From IMG/VR virus record IMGVR_UViG_3300010158_000034: a stretch of 64,000 nt of DNA; one strand, 5' to 3'. Below, piece after piece: positions 44,930-54,900 of the stretch. Below the pieces are notes generated by a model. The model worked only from the letters and a program-made list of their open reading frames with translations, did no database searches and was not told the DNA's origin. The stretch comes from an uncultured virus (IMG/VR IMGVR_UViG_3300010158_000034) (lineage: Duplodnaviria; Heunggongvirae; Uroviricota; Caudoviricetes). Each line of letters starts with the position of its first letter. Within the stretch, counting starts at the first letter, position 1. The translations under genes were made by a program, and so were the position numbers.

Positions 44930-46261
44930 TTACGAATTTAGTTTTACCACAGCTTCGATTGTGCCTGATCCCGAATCTAGTTTATCTTCCAATGCTCGCC
45001 CAATTACATTCCATGCGGTAATTTCATTACGTGCACCGGCTCTTGCCCTACCGTTTCCTGCTGAAACTAATCTATCACCTTTGCGTACAACACCGGTTAC
45101 TTGAACAGGAACACGACCTTGTACTGCCACAGGAGGATGTGTTTCGTTTGACCCAGCTCCAGAATTCATTAAGTAAGCTGCTTTAGTACTTATGACTCCA
45201 AACACACTTTCACTTAATTCTTGATCAACTACTGTAATTTCTGCCGAGCCACCCAATGCCACCACTGTGCCCGCTGTCATGGGCTGATCTGCGGCAAAAC
45301 GTTCAGCTAAGTCAGCGTATTGTGCGTGTATTGCTGTGCCATAAATGTTGTTCCACCAGGCTGTGGTTGAACCTAAATTGTATGTTAAATTAGCTGTAGG
45401 AGTTATGTTGCCTGCGGTGGTAACTGTGGTAAATGCACCCGCGGCCGGAGTTGCATTGCCAACAATACCATTGAAACTGCCACTGGTTAAAGTTGTAAAT
45501 GCTCCTGTGCTGGGCACAGCATTGCCAATTGGGGTGGAGTTGATGGCTGCAAAACTAGCAACTCCGCTGTTGCTGACAGTGGCAATGGGCGAACCATTTA
45601 AAGTTGCGGTGCCGGTTATTGCCAACCCTTGTCCAGAAATACTACCTCCAATGGTAACATTATTGGCTATGGTAAATCCTGGTGCTATTGTAGTTTGACC
45701 CAATACTGGCGTTGACACAGTGAATGAGGTTGACTCTGTACTAACCACTGCAGCAAGTTTGTTGTTGACCACAAGGTTACCCACATTGTGTATTGCTGAA
45801 AGTGGGTCTGTTAATTGATTGTTTACAAATTGTGTCACAGCTGAACCTGGAGGAATAGCCGGGCCGATGGTAATCCAGGCAGTTCCGCTGTAAACATTTA
45901 ATGTACTGGCAGTGGTATTCCACCAAAGATCTCCGGCTATGGCATTACTTGGACTGGTGCTACCCGGAGCAGAATGTGCTATTTCTTTCCAAGCTGTGCC
46001 ATTATAAACTTTTAACACAGCGTTTGAAGTATCCCACCAAATTTGTCCAGTGGTTGGGCTAACAGGTGCAGTACTGTAGGCAAAATTTTCCAATAATTTT
46101 ATGAAATTTTCGTTTAGGTAAAATCCATAACTGGCTTTGTTTTTTCCAATTAAATTGACACTGGCCACAGCAGCGTTGGCATCGATGTCTGGTCCGTTGG
46201 CTACACCATCAGCTAAATTTATTAAAGTAGATCCGTTTGTTTTTGTTAAGCTATACGCCAT
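44930..46261 (-). CDS. tail fibre/baseplate protein with C-terminal YADLAE domain
   Basis: N-terminus LIGKN...ENFIKLLENFA...GQIWWD shared with 48245-49405; C-terminal AQYADLAERF...GVIS...GRVPV..G...KGD.LV. Confidence 0.7.
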   Translation of the reverse strand: MAYSLTKTNGSTLINLADGVANGPDIDANAAVASVNLIGKNKASYGFYLNENFIKLLENFAYSTAPVSPTTGQIWWDTSNAVLKVYNGTAWKEIAHSAPGSTSPSNAIAGDLWWNTTASTLNVYSGTAWITIGPAIPPGSAVTQFVNNQLTDPLSAIHNVGNLVVNNKLAAVVSTESTSFTVSTPVLGQTTIAPGFTIANNVTIGGSISGQGLAITGTATLNGSPIATVSNSGVASFAAINSTPIGNAVPSTGAFTTLTSGSFNGIVGNATPAAGAFTTVTTAGNITPTANLTYNLGSTTAWWNNIYGTAIHAQYADLAERFAADQPMTAGTVVALGGSAEITVVDQELSESVFGVISTKAAYLMNSGAGSNETHPPVAVQGRVPVQVTGVVRKGDRLVSAGNGRARAGARNEITAWNVIGRALEDKLDSGSGTIEAVVKLNS

Positions 46262-46285
46262 AGAAAATTTCCATATTAATGTTAT

Positions 46286-48241
46286 TTACCACGAGAACGA
46301 CACATAACCATTACCACCCGAGGCAGCTGTTGGGCCTCCGTTGTAATTAGTGCCGGTGTTCAATGCCGCCAAAGTATTCCATAATTCTGATCCGCTTGGG
46401 TTTACGATTTGTGCTGATATTGCTGCTGGTCCGCCGTAGTTTGTACCAGTTACAGTTATAGTGTGAGATCCAGCAGAAACATAAACTGAAGCACTATCTA
46501 CTCCTCCCCAACTAGAGGGGTTGTCTAATACCTCCGTGCCATCAATGCTAATAAAACCAGCATTATCAATACTTATATTAAATGTATAGTTGCCCGAGGT
46601 CGGGAAGTTTAAAGTGGTACTGTAACTCACTGTAGCGACATCGTATGGTCCGCCGATCCAAATGCCATAAGTAGATATAAAACTATTCCAAACACCAGCT
46701 TCTTGTCCTGTAGCATACCATCCGCTGTCACCACTTTGACCTGACTGACTCCATCCACCTAATACTATATCAGCACCGTCACTGCCCGAATAAGCACCGT
46801 TGTCTCCGCCTACCAGTCCGCCACCGGACCCACCGTTTGATCCGCCTCCACCTCCGCCTCCGCCTCCACCGTCACCGGGATAGTCTTGTCCTGCACCACC
46901 AGCAGTACTGCCACTGGAACTGTAGCCCGATCTTCCTCGTCCGGCACTGTGCCAGCCACCGCCACCACCACCACCACCACCACCGGCTACTGCCATAGGT
47001 GATCCATTTTTTAATATAACTGTGGCGCCACCTCCGCCACCACCACCGCCCGATACTCCACCTGAGCCGGCATTACCGCCTCGCCCGCCATCGTATGTAC
47101 CATTGCCCCATCCGCCGGGCCCACTGCCTACAGGAGATTGATTGCTGGAGTATCCACCCGAGCCACCACCACCAATGTAAAATGTTAAGGTATCCCCGGG
47201 TACCACATTAAGTGGCCCAGAGATTAAATGTCCAGTAAAGCCAGCATGCCCGGGACTAGCGTCATTACCTCCACCACCGCCACCGCCGCCCAGGGCTGTA
47301 ACATTGATGCTTAGTACTCCCGCAGGTACAGTCCAAGTGTAGGTGCCAACTGTAGTAAAATTTTCACTGCCATGAGCAGCCAATACGTTGAGTGTCACTG
47401 GAACTGTGTATGTGTTTTTGCTACGTGCATTACTATTAACAACAAATTGATCTTGATATGTGCCGGCTTTCAAATTGGCCAGTGTGATAGCTCTGCTGAC
47501 GGAATTGCCAGAGAATGTAGTAAAATTGGCACCAATGTTGCCAACAAAATTAGCAACTTGTGTATAAGTGCCAGAAGTGATGCCGGACACCACAAGATTG
47601 GCACCAGTGCCAGAATTGGTAATGGTCAATGTGTCCGAACTGGTGGTTCCTTGATAGTAAGTGTATCCGTTATTAGCTGGTCCAGGCACTGTTGTGATGT
47701 CGCTGTAGCCGGCCAGCACTGTGGTGGTAATGGGTATCACTGTTTGATTGCCAGGCCAATAGGCAACATTACCGTCTGAGCCAAAGTATCCAGTGTCATT
47801 GACAAAGGTAATGTTGCCTGTGCTGGTGCCCACGGCTTTGCCATAAACATTAGCAACAACAGATCCAGTGCCACCTGTATCTATGGTGTAGGGTACACCA
47901 CTATTCATGCCTGACAGGTTCACTGTGGTTATGGTTTTTACACCATCGTAGGCAATTACATTGGCAATAGTTAAAGCCCTATCGCCAATATTTGTAAAAT
48001 TTATAGTTTGAAAAGCCGGACGCCAGTTCTGATATACTTCAACTGTGAATGATGTGGGGGTGGCAGTATTGACACCGGCCGGTGTGGGATAAACTCTTTC
48101 CCACACTCCATCCGAGCGTTTAGTCCACGCTGTTTTTACTGCGATCCAAGTACCCGCAGAGTTTTTATACCAAAGACTCTTTATGGGTTTCCATGCGGAA
48201 CCTTGTTTGATTCTAGTTAGGCCGTATGGTAGATAGGTCAT
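46286..48241 (-). CDS. glycine-rich adhesin / receptor-binding protein
   Basis: Trp-spaced N-terminal module, two Ig-like segments, poly-Gly domain (WTVPAGV...GGGGGGG), and a PA14-like insert (SIDNAGFISIDG). Confidence 0.7.
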   Translation of the reverse strand: MTYLPYGLTRIKQGSAWKPIKSLWYKNSAGTWIAVKTAWTKRSDGVWERVYPTPAGVNTATPTSFTVEVYQNWRPAFQTINFTNIGDRALTIANVIAYDGVKTITTVNLSGMNSGVPYTIDTGGTGSVVANVYGKAVGTSTGNITFVNDTGYFGSDGNVAYWPGNQTVIPITTTVLAGYSDITTVPGPANNGYTYYQGTTSSDTLTITNSGTGANLVVSGITSGTYTQVANFVGNIGANFTTFSGNSVSRAITLANLKAGTYQDQFVVNSNARSKNTYTVPVTLNVLAAHGSENFTTVGTYTWTVPAGVLSINVTALGGGGGGGGNDASPGHAGFTGHLISGPLNVVPGDTLTFYIGGGGSGGYSSNQSPVGSGPGGWGNGTYDGGRGGNAGSGGVSGGGGGGGGATVILKNGSPMAVAGGGGGGGGGGWHSAGRGRSGYSSSGSTAGGAGQDYPGDGGGGGGGGGGSNGGSGGGLVGGDNGAYSGSDGADIVLGGWSQSGQSGDSGWYATGQEAGVWNSFISTYGIWIGGPYDVATVSYSTTLNFPTSGNYTFNISIDNAGFISIDGTEVLDNPSSWGGVDSASVYVSAGSHTITVTGTNYGGPAAISAQIVNPSGSELWNTLAALNTGTNYNGGPTAASGGNGYVSFSW

Positions 48242-48244
48242 AGT

Positions 48245-49405
48245 TTAGATTTGAAACCAAAAATCTCCCACACTACCATCTAATACAGTGGGAGTCACTG
48301 TGCTGACAAATTGATGACTGCCTTGCCACAGTGCCTGTGTACTGGCCGCAATGGCCGCTTGTGTAAATGCTGTTGTTGCAATTCTAGTGGTGTTGTCTGT
48401 AGCTACAGGTGTAGTCGAGTTGGGAGTACCTGTTAGTGTTGCACTGGCTATGGGTGCCAATGGAGTAGTTGCTGTGACTATGCTGGTGTCAACATAATTT
48501 TTTGTTGCAACACCTGTGTTAGAGATGGGATCTCCTGCCACTGTTACTAACCCAGTTGCACCATCAATCGTTACAGTTGGTGTAGTAATTCCACTAACAT
48601 TGTTGTATAAAGTGATATTGGCACCTAGTACAGGATTGCCGATGGAAGCTGCACCGCCCGGGGCTGATTTAAATGTAAAGTTTCCGCCACCGATTGATAT
48701 GTTGGCCGCAAAGGAGGAAGTGATGTCAGTTCTTGCATAGTTGGTAGCAACAATGTTGCCCAAGTTTTGACTGTTAGTGGCTGTACCAATGAAAATGCCT
48801 GAAAGGGCAGTGCTCATGTTGATACCTGTTTGTATTGTAGCAAATCCTGTCAAGGCTGACAGTGGAGTAAAAGCTGCATCGTTGCTAATAATACTGGTTA
48901 TCACACCATTGATATACATTTTAATCACAGTGTGACTGATATTGCCGGTATCTATTATGTGATCAACAATGGCACCAGAAACGCCATCCACTTGACTGTA
49001 ACCAGGACCAATTGTAGTCCAAGTGCTGCCGTTGAACATTTTAAGTTGATAATTTACCGTGTCCCACCATTCAGCACCAATGACTGTTGAAGTGGGTTGT
49101 GTGTCTGACACAGTTAGTGGACTCACTGCTGTCCATGTGTTGCCCGAATATACCTTTAAGAAACTAGTGGATGTATCGTACCATATTTCTCCTGTCAAAG
49201 GATTTAACGGTGGAGTATCATAGGCAAAATTTTGTAATAATTTTATAAAATTTTCATTTTGTATCAAACCGTATGTGGCATAATTTTTACCAATCAAATT
49301 GATGTCAGTTTTATTTAATCCGGGGTTGACATCAGGTCCGTCGGCTGTGCCGTCGGGTAACTGTAATATTATTGTTCCATCTGTTTGGGTAATAGTATAG
49401 CTCAT
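48245..49405 (-). CDS. tail fibre protein
   Basis: Shared anchor N-terminus; ATKNYVD and LTGTP..TTP...DNTTRIATTAF fibre motifs; ends GDFWFQI. Confidence 0.75.
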   Translation of the reverse strand: MSYTITQTDGTIILQLPDGTADGPDVNPGLNKTDINLIGKNYATYGLIQNENFIKLLQNFAYDTPPLNPLTGEIWYDTSTSFLKVYSGNTWTAVSPLTVSDTQPTSTVIGAEWWDTVNYQLKMFNGSTWTTIGPGYSQVDGVSGAIVDHIIDTGNISHTVIKMYINGVITSIISNDAAFTPLSALTGFATIQTGINMSTALSGIFIGTATNSQNLGNIVATNYARTDITSSFAANISIGGGNFTFKSAPGGAASIGNPVLGANITLYNNVSGITTPTVTIDGATGLVTVAGDPISNTGVATKNYVDTSIVTATTPLAPIASATLTGTPNSTTPVATDNTTRIATTAFTQAAIAASTQALWQGSHQFVSTVTPTVLDGSVGDFWFQI

Positions 49406-49413
49406 GTTTTATC

Positions 49414-50106
49414 CTAGCTTAAATTAGTTAAAGTTTGGATTCTCACTGTGTAATCAACTTGAATCAATCTGTTCAATGCTTTTTGTACTGGATGGAAAAT
49501 CACATGCGTCAACAAGGGTCCAGCATCAGATGTAAATGTTCCACTGCCCGATACATCTGTTGTTCCAGCGGGATCTCTGCCTACAAGGCCCAATTCATCA
49601 AATGTGTATGTATCTGCCAGGGTTTGACTGTTGTCAAATGCACTTTGGCCAGCAGGCTCACCGTAGTCTAGCAAGCAACTCACCAATATATCAGTGTAAA
49701 CTGTGCCGGGCACATGACGAATTTGTATGTAGTTTCTTGTGGGGTCTAGATTGGCACTGGTTGTGTCATCAACAATTTTACTATAAGTGGGATTGTACAA
49801 GTTACTGTTTTGAGTAGTGGTGTTGGGTGGCAAATAAGTAATAACTCCGGTTGGATCTATACTGGATCCACCGTTGCCAAATCGCATTTCATAGATGAAA
49901 TTACCGTTTGTTCCATTTTTATTGGACAAACAGTAGGCAATGGCTTGACTGATGTTTTCGTAGTGTATGGCATTTGATTTATCCACCAAAACTTCTTTGG
50001 TTTCTGGATCAGAAATTTTGATATGTCCACGAACATATATTCCGCCTACATCGTCGGGTTGACGTTCTGGCTGTGTAGTTTTGGGTTGTTGAGTAGTGTG
50101 TGTCAT
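49414..50106 (-). CDS. baseplate/tail-fibre attachment structural protein
   Basis: Likely start 50106; NAIHYEN, FGNGG, FDELGL and LLTHVIFHPVQK...IQVDYTVRI. Confidence 0.65.
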   Translation of the reverse strand: MTHTTQQPKTTQPERQPDDVGGIYVRGHIKISDPETKEVLVDKSNAIHYENISQAIAYCLSNKNGTNGNFIYEMRFGNGGSSIDPTGVITYLPPNTTTQNSNLYNPTYSKIVDDTTSANLDPTRNYIQIRHVPGTVYTDILVSCLLDYGEPAGQSAFDNSQTLADTYTFDELGLVGRDPAGTTDVSGSGTFTSDAGPLLTHVIFHPVQKALNRLIQVDYTVRIQTLTNLS

Positions 50107-50144
50107 AAGGTACCTAATTATATCTATATATTTATTGTGTTTTA

Positions 50145-50825
50145 TCACCACGAAACTGTAAATGGCACACGTTGTCTCAAATTCCAACGGTCTACGTGAT
50201 AACCTTCACTGTTTTGCGGATCTCCAATGGAGACTTGAAAATAATAACTGTCTCCACTGAGATAAGGAGTCCCGCCACCACTGATGGTGCCTCTACCGCT
50301 GTAGTAGCTGTTATACACCTGTAAATCTCCTTGGCATACCTCCAATAGAACTGGAGTTAATGATAGATTTTTGCCCAGTGTGCCATGATTGCTTTCGGCA
50401 TTTATTTGAAAACTCTGGGCTCCGGCACAACTGGTGGTTATTACCAACACAGCATCGACATTACCACTGCGAGAATAAACCTGTGTGTCAAACACCGGAG
50501 CTGTTATACCACCAAATGTACTGGCGCTGCCAAAGTCAGCTATGTTGTAAGCAAAGGCATCACCCGGTGTCACTGAGAAACCTTGTGATACGATTCCACC
50601 AGCAGTGGGATAGGACACTGTTAGGCTATATATTCCTGACGGAACAGTAAATGTACCCGAACCTGAGTTAAGAAATTGACTGCCGTGAACAGGATAAGTA
50701 AGTAGCCAATTGCCATTGGAATTCACGTAAACCTCGCGAACTGTATTCCATCCGCCATTGGCACGAACAAAAATCTCTTTAGGTTCTGTCCAGACACCAG
50801 AATTACGCACATAGACTTGTGGCAT
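50145..50825 (-). CDS. short adhesin-like tail tip protein
   Basis: N-terminal YVR..GVW...FVR..GGW...YV...GNW..YP module like 46286-48241; TFTVPSGI...SVTPG. Confidence 0.6.
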   Translation of the reverse strand: MPQVYVRNSGVWTEPKEIFVRANGGWNTVREVYVNSNGNWLLTYPVHGSQFLNSGSGTFTVPSGIYSLTVSYPTAGGIVSQGFSVTPGDAFAYNIADFGSASTFGGITAPVFDTQVYSRSGNVDAVLVITTSCAGAQSFQINAESNHGTLGKNLSLTPVLLEVCQGDLQVYNSYYSGRGTISGGGTPYLSGDSYYFQVSIGDPQNSEGYHVDRWNLRQRVPFTVSW

Positions 50826-50828
50826 TGA

Positions 50829-51875
50829 TTAAATCCTGTACCAGATATCACCATCACTACCGCCCGACGGTGTTCCCGAACTTATGACTCGTGCCCCATA
50901 ACCGTTGTAGCCGCTGGCAAGAGAAATTGTCACAGCACCTGTTGCGGCACTAACAGCAACTCCCGACCCGCCGTTGACTCCGGTTACACCTGTGTTGGTT
51001 ATTGTAACCGCACCCGACACTGTGGCAACACTTAGCCCTCCGCCACTGGTAACACTAAGTATTCCAGAATTATTTAAAGTTACTGAACCAGTTGGTCCGG
51101 CAACAGTTCCGCCACCACTCATGCCTGTACCTGCTGTCACAGTGACCGACGTTAATACACGATTGCTGTTGTCGTACACAGTTGTAGACGCTACGTTAGC
51201 AGCAGAAATATTAGTAACATTCAGTTGACTGGGTATACTTAGAGTCAATGCCCCAACATTGCCGCCGGTGACTGTGATTTGATTGGCGGTGCCTGCTAAA
51301 TTAGTAACTGCTGATGCAGTTAAATTTAATGCAGTATTGCCAGCATAGGTTATTAGTCCTTTGGCGTTTACTGTTAAATTTGGAATTTGATATATTCCAC
51401 TGGCAGTTCCTCCCCAAGTACCGGGGTAACTGTTTACGGTGTTTAATACAGCAGTAATATTACCAATGTTGCCAGTGAGCGACATGTCGCTGCCGGATCG
51501 TGTATTCAATGCAGTTGTGACAGTGACACCATTGGTGGTTGCATCTGCTAGGGCACTTCTGGCTGTGTACAAATTTGCTACAAGGGTCGTACTGGCAACG
51601 GCCAGTGGAGCTGTTCCAGTGGCAAGGGTGCTGACTATTTGCCCTGTGGTGCTGACCCCAGTCAATACACCCAATGTAGCAATATTGGGTTGTGTAGCAG
51701 TGGTCAAAGTTCCACCAATGGTGCCGGCAACCGTCAAGTTTGGCAAGGTGGTCATGTAGGTTTTTAGCGATAACCCAGTGATTTTTTGGGTTACAGCAGC
51801 GTTGTCCACCGGCAGATATGTGGCATCTGTCATTGTGGTGCTTAGTGGTAGTGCGGTGATGGTTATTGTTGCCAT
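50829..51875 (-). CDS. tail fibre protein
   Basis: ITALP N-terminus, AQPNI-like motif, GTAPL.V.STT.VANL, TVNAKGLIT, AGTG repeats; ends GGSDGDIWYRI. Confidence 0.75.
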   Translation of the reverse strand: MATITITALPLSTTMTDATYLPVDNAAVTQKITGLSLKTYMTTLPNLTVAGTIGGTLTTATQPNIATLGVLTGVSTTGQIVSTLATGTAPLAVASTTLVANLYTARSALADATTNGVTVTTALNTRSGSDMSLTGNIGNITAVLNTVNSYPGTWGGTASGIYQIPNLTVNAKGLITYAGNTALNLTASAVTNLAGTANQITVTGGNVGALTLSIPSQLNVTNISAANVASTTVYDNSNRVLTSVTVTAGTGMSGGGTVAGPTGSVTLNNSGILSVTSGGGLSVATVSGAVTITNTGVTGVNGGSGVAVSAATGAVTISLASGYNGYGARVISSGTPSGGSDGDIWYRI

Positions 51876-51909
51876 ATTATTTCATTTCTCTATTGTTATA
51901 TTTATTGCA

Positions 51910-54900
51910 TTAATACCCTCTAATAAACACAGCTTGAGTTGTGTTACTGCCAGCCAATCCTGTGCCATCCACTGTGTCGTAGGAAATACCCACAGTTTTG
52001 GCAGTTAAATTGGCACCATTTCTGTAAACATAGGTGTTGGCCAAGATATTGGACGAGAAAGCTCCAGTTGCATTGGCGGCCCATATTGTAACAGTGATTC
52101 CGGTGCTGTTGGCTGCTACCACACCCGATGCACCTGTTGCCAATTGGGCAATGGTATTTCCCACAGTCACAGTGGCATTTGTGTTCAATGTTAGATATTC
52201 TAGTAGATCCTGCGGGTACGAAGTTATGTTATTGGAAATGTTGTCCACTATATCATTGGATAAGTTATCATCTAATATTGATACATTGGCAGATACTTTT
52301 AAGTTTAACCAACTGCCAAGATGCACATTGGCACCACGTGTGGTACTGGTTGGTATCAGCTGATTTACAGATGATTCAACCACTGCTGTTCCTGCTGGAT
52401 GAACTACAGGTGCTCCGGTGCCATCTACCCCTCGACGTAGCTGTCCCAATACATTGTTAACTCTATCAATTGTATAGTAAGTAATTTTTTCGCCGTTGAC
52501 ATAAATTACACCCGGTTGTGTATACTGTGGCAACGGTGTAGCCAATCCAGCGGTACTGGTTACATATACATTACTGTCAGTGATGTTTAAATTTGCCGAC
52601 AGTGCAGTGGTATTGGCTGAGAAAATAGCGTAGTACTGAGGCCAATACTGTGTGCTGACACTGGCCGCATTGGCCGACATGTTGTGAACCACACGATAAC
52701 CCACATTGGCATTCCCAGTTTGTGTATACACCATCATGTTTAAACTGTCAAATGTCACTCCTGGTATCAATTCCTCAGGAGCATGACTGCTATAAGTGTC
52801 GTAGTATCCACCGCCATCAACGTTGATATCTTCGGCACGGGTGCCGAGTGCAGAGTCACGATAAAAACTTTGTATGTTGGTGTCTAAGTAGGCAGGATCG
52901 TTGTAATCATAATACACAATACTGATGTTGGCACCCAATGCGATATTGGCCATTGCACCCACCAGGAACATTGATCCAGTTGTGACATTTAATATTGTGA
53001 CATTGCTTCTCAACCCGGTGTCAAGATTAACAATAGATATGGGCAATGTTGGTTGTAGCCCGTAGGTAGTAAAATCAAGCACGGCCACGTTAGAACTGTA
53101 CAGTGTTGAAGTGTTACTGTAAAAATACAGTATGTTAGATGCGATATTTGAAGTTGTGGCTCCAAATTTTACGCCTTGCACTTGTACACCTGGATATTCT
53201 ATGCCCGACATCAACTGTGCCAAATCTAAACCCGGCATACCCGATCCAGGTTGATAAGCAGCAGTAATGCGATCACTGGCATTGCTTAAATTAGCAGTTG
53301 ACAATAATGAATATTTTCCATAATCAAATATATTTGTAACTGCCACAGGACTGGCTACAGAAGTGATGCCGTTGATTGCAATATTACCGGTGCGTCGTAA
53401 AAAATTACCAGTTAAATTGGCCACTGTGATTAAACTGTTGCTGGCAATTGAAACAATTCTAGCATTGGCACTGACATTGTTACCTTGTGTTACATAGTCA
53501 CCCACTGTGGCTGAAATATTACTGCTTAATTTAAGTGTAGCACTGCTGTATACTGTGGAGTTGGCTTGGTATGCACTGCCTTGATAACTCACACGCGAAT
53601 TGGCCGACACTGTGACGTTGGGTTGCCATGCTGATATATTGCTGGTATAAGTGGTTCTATCAAATTTCACATGTGTAGTAAATGTTCTAACTTTGTTGTA
53701 GCTTTGATCCTCAAATGCAGTATAAGAACCAACAGGTGTCACTGTGGAAACAGTATAATACGCAGGCTTAATATTGAGGTTTGACCCGTTTCTATATAGA
53801 TATGCGTTACCAACAAAAGTTCCTGAATAATTCCACAGTGATACAACATTTCCTGTGGTATTGTAGTATACTTCTGCCTGTGCACCACTGCCCGGTTGAT
53901 TAATAATATTGCCTGTGTAGGCAACGAGATTGCCGGTCAATTTCATTGACACTGTGGCTACACCTGGACGTATTGATAAATTACTGGAGTCGCTGAACAA
54001 CCATTGGTTGCTGACAAATGTACCAACAACATCTTTTAAAGTAATAATGTTGCCTGTTGAAGCTGAGTAAGCAACTCCTGATGCACCTGTGTTGGGTTGA
54101 GTAACAATGTTGCCAACATAAATCACAGCGTTGCCCACAGTGGTTATAGTCTGCACAGGTACACTGGTAATGAACTGCTCTGACACCAATTTTGGATATC
54201 CAGCAGCATTTACACCTGACCCATTGATCTGTATGGTAGGAGTAGAAGTATAGCCTGATCCTGAATCAACTACGTCAAATCTAGCAATGGTATTGCTGGC
54301 CACGTCAAGAACTGCTTGTATATTGGCGCCTGTGCCGCCACCGCCTGTCACTGTGATTGTAGGAGTTGTATAGTAGTTGGCACCTGAGTTGCTCACAGTG
54401 ACAGTGTTGATGCTGTAACTGTGATTGTTGTTCCATTGACTGTACTGCGGCAATGTGGCTAAACTGTAAGCATCTGACGGCAAACTACCATCAGGACTAC
54501 GATAAGCATTGATATTGGCAATATAAGTTGCTGGGATATCAAAGTCTGTAATATCGCCAGTGAAATCATCGGTACCTTGATAGTTGATCAAGTATTCACG
54601 TATGCTGGTTCTATACGGCTTAACTTCGTTGATATAATTCTCGTAGTATGTTTGGTTGTCTTGAATATACGCAGGGAACTGTTCTAATTTTTTCAGCTGA
54701 TGCAACACTGTGACAAAGCTGGTTTTAAATACCCAATCTACAGATTTTTGTTCGGTTAGTACATAGTTAATCAAATAAAAGAACAGACCATTGAAATTAC
54801 CAATTAGTGTATCAACAAAAATACTGTCACGTATGGTTTCAAATAGTATTCTGATTTCATTAGCAGCCACATCAGTGGTGTACAATGTACTGTTGTATTG

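Noticed and set aside
46840..47290. CCA/CCG triplet runs as phase-variation microsatellites
   Set aside because: They are codon-mixed poly-Gly coding sequence, and unit changes would stay in frame.
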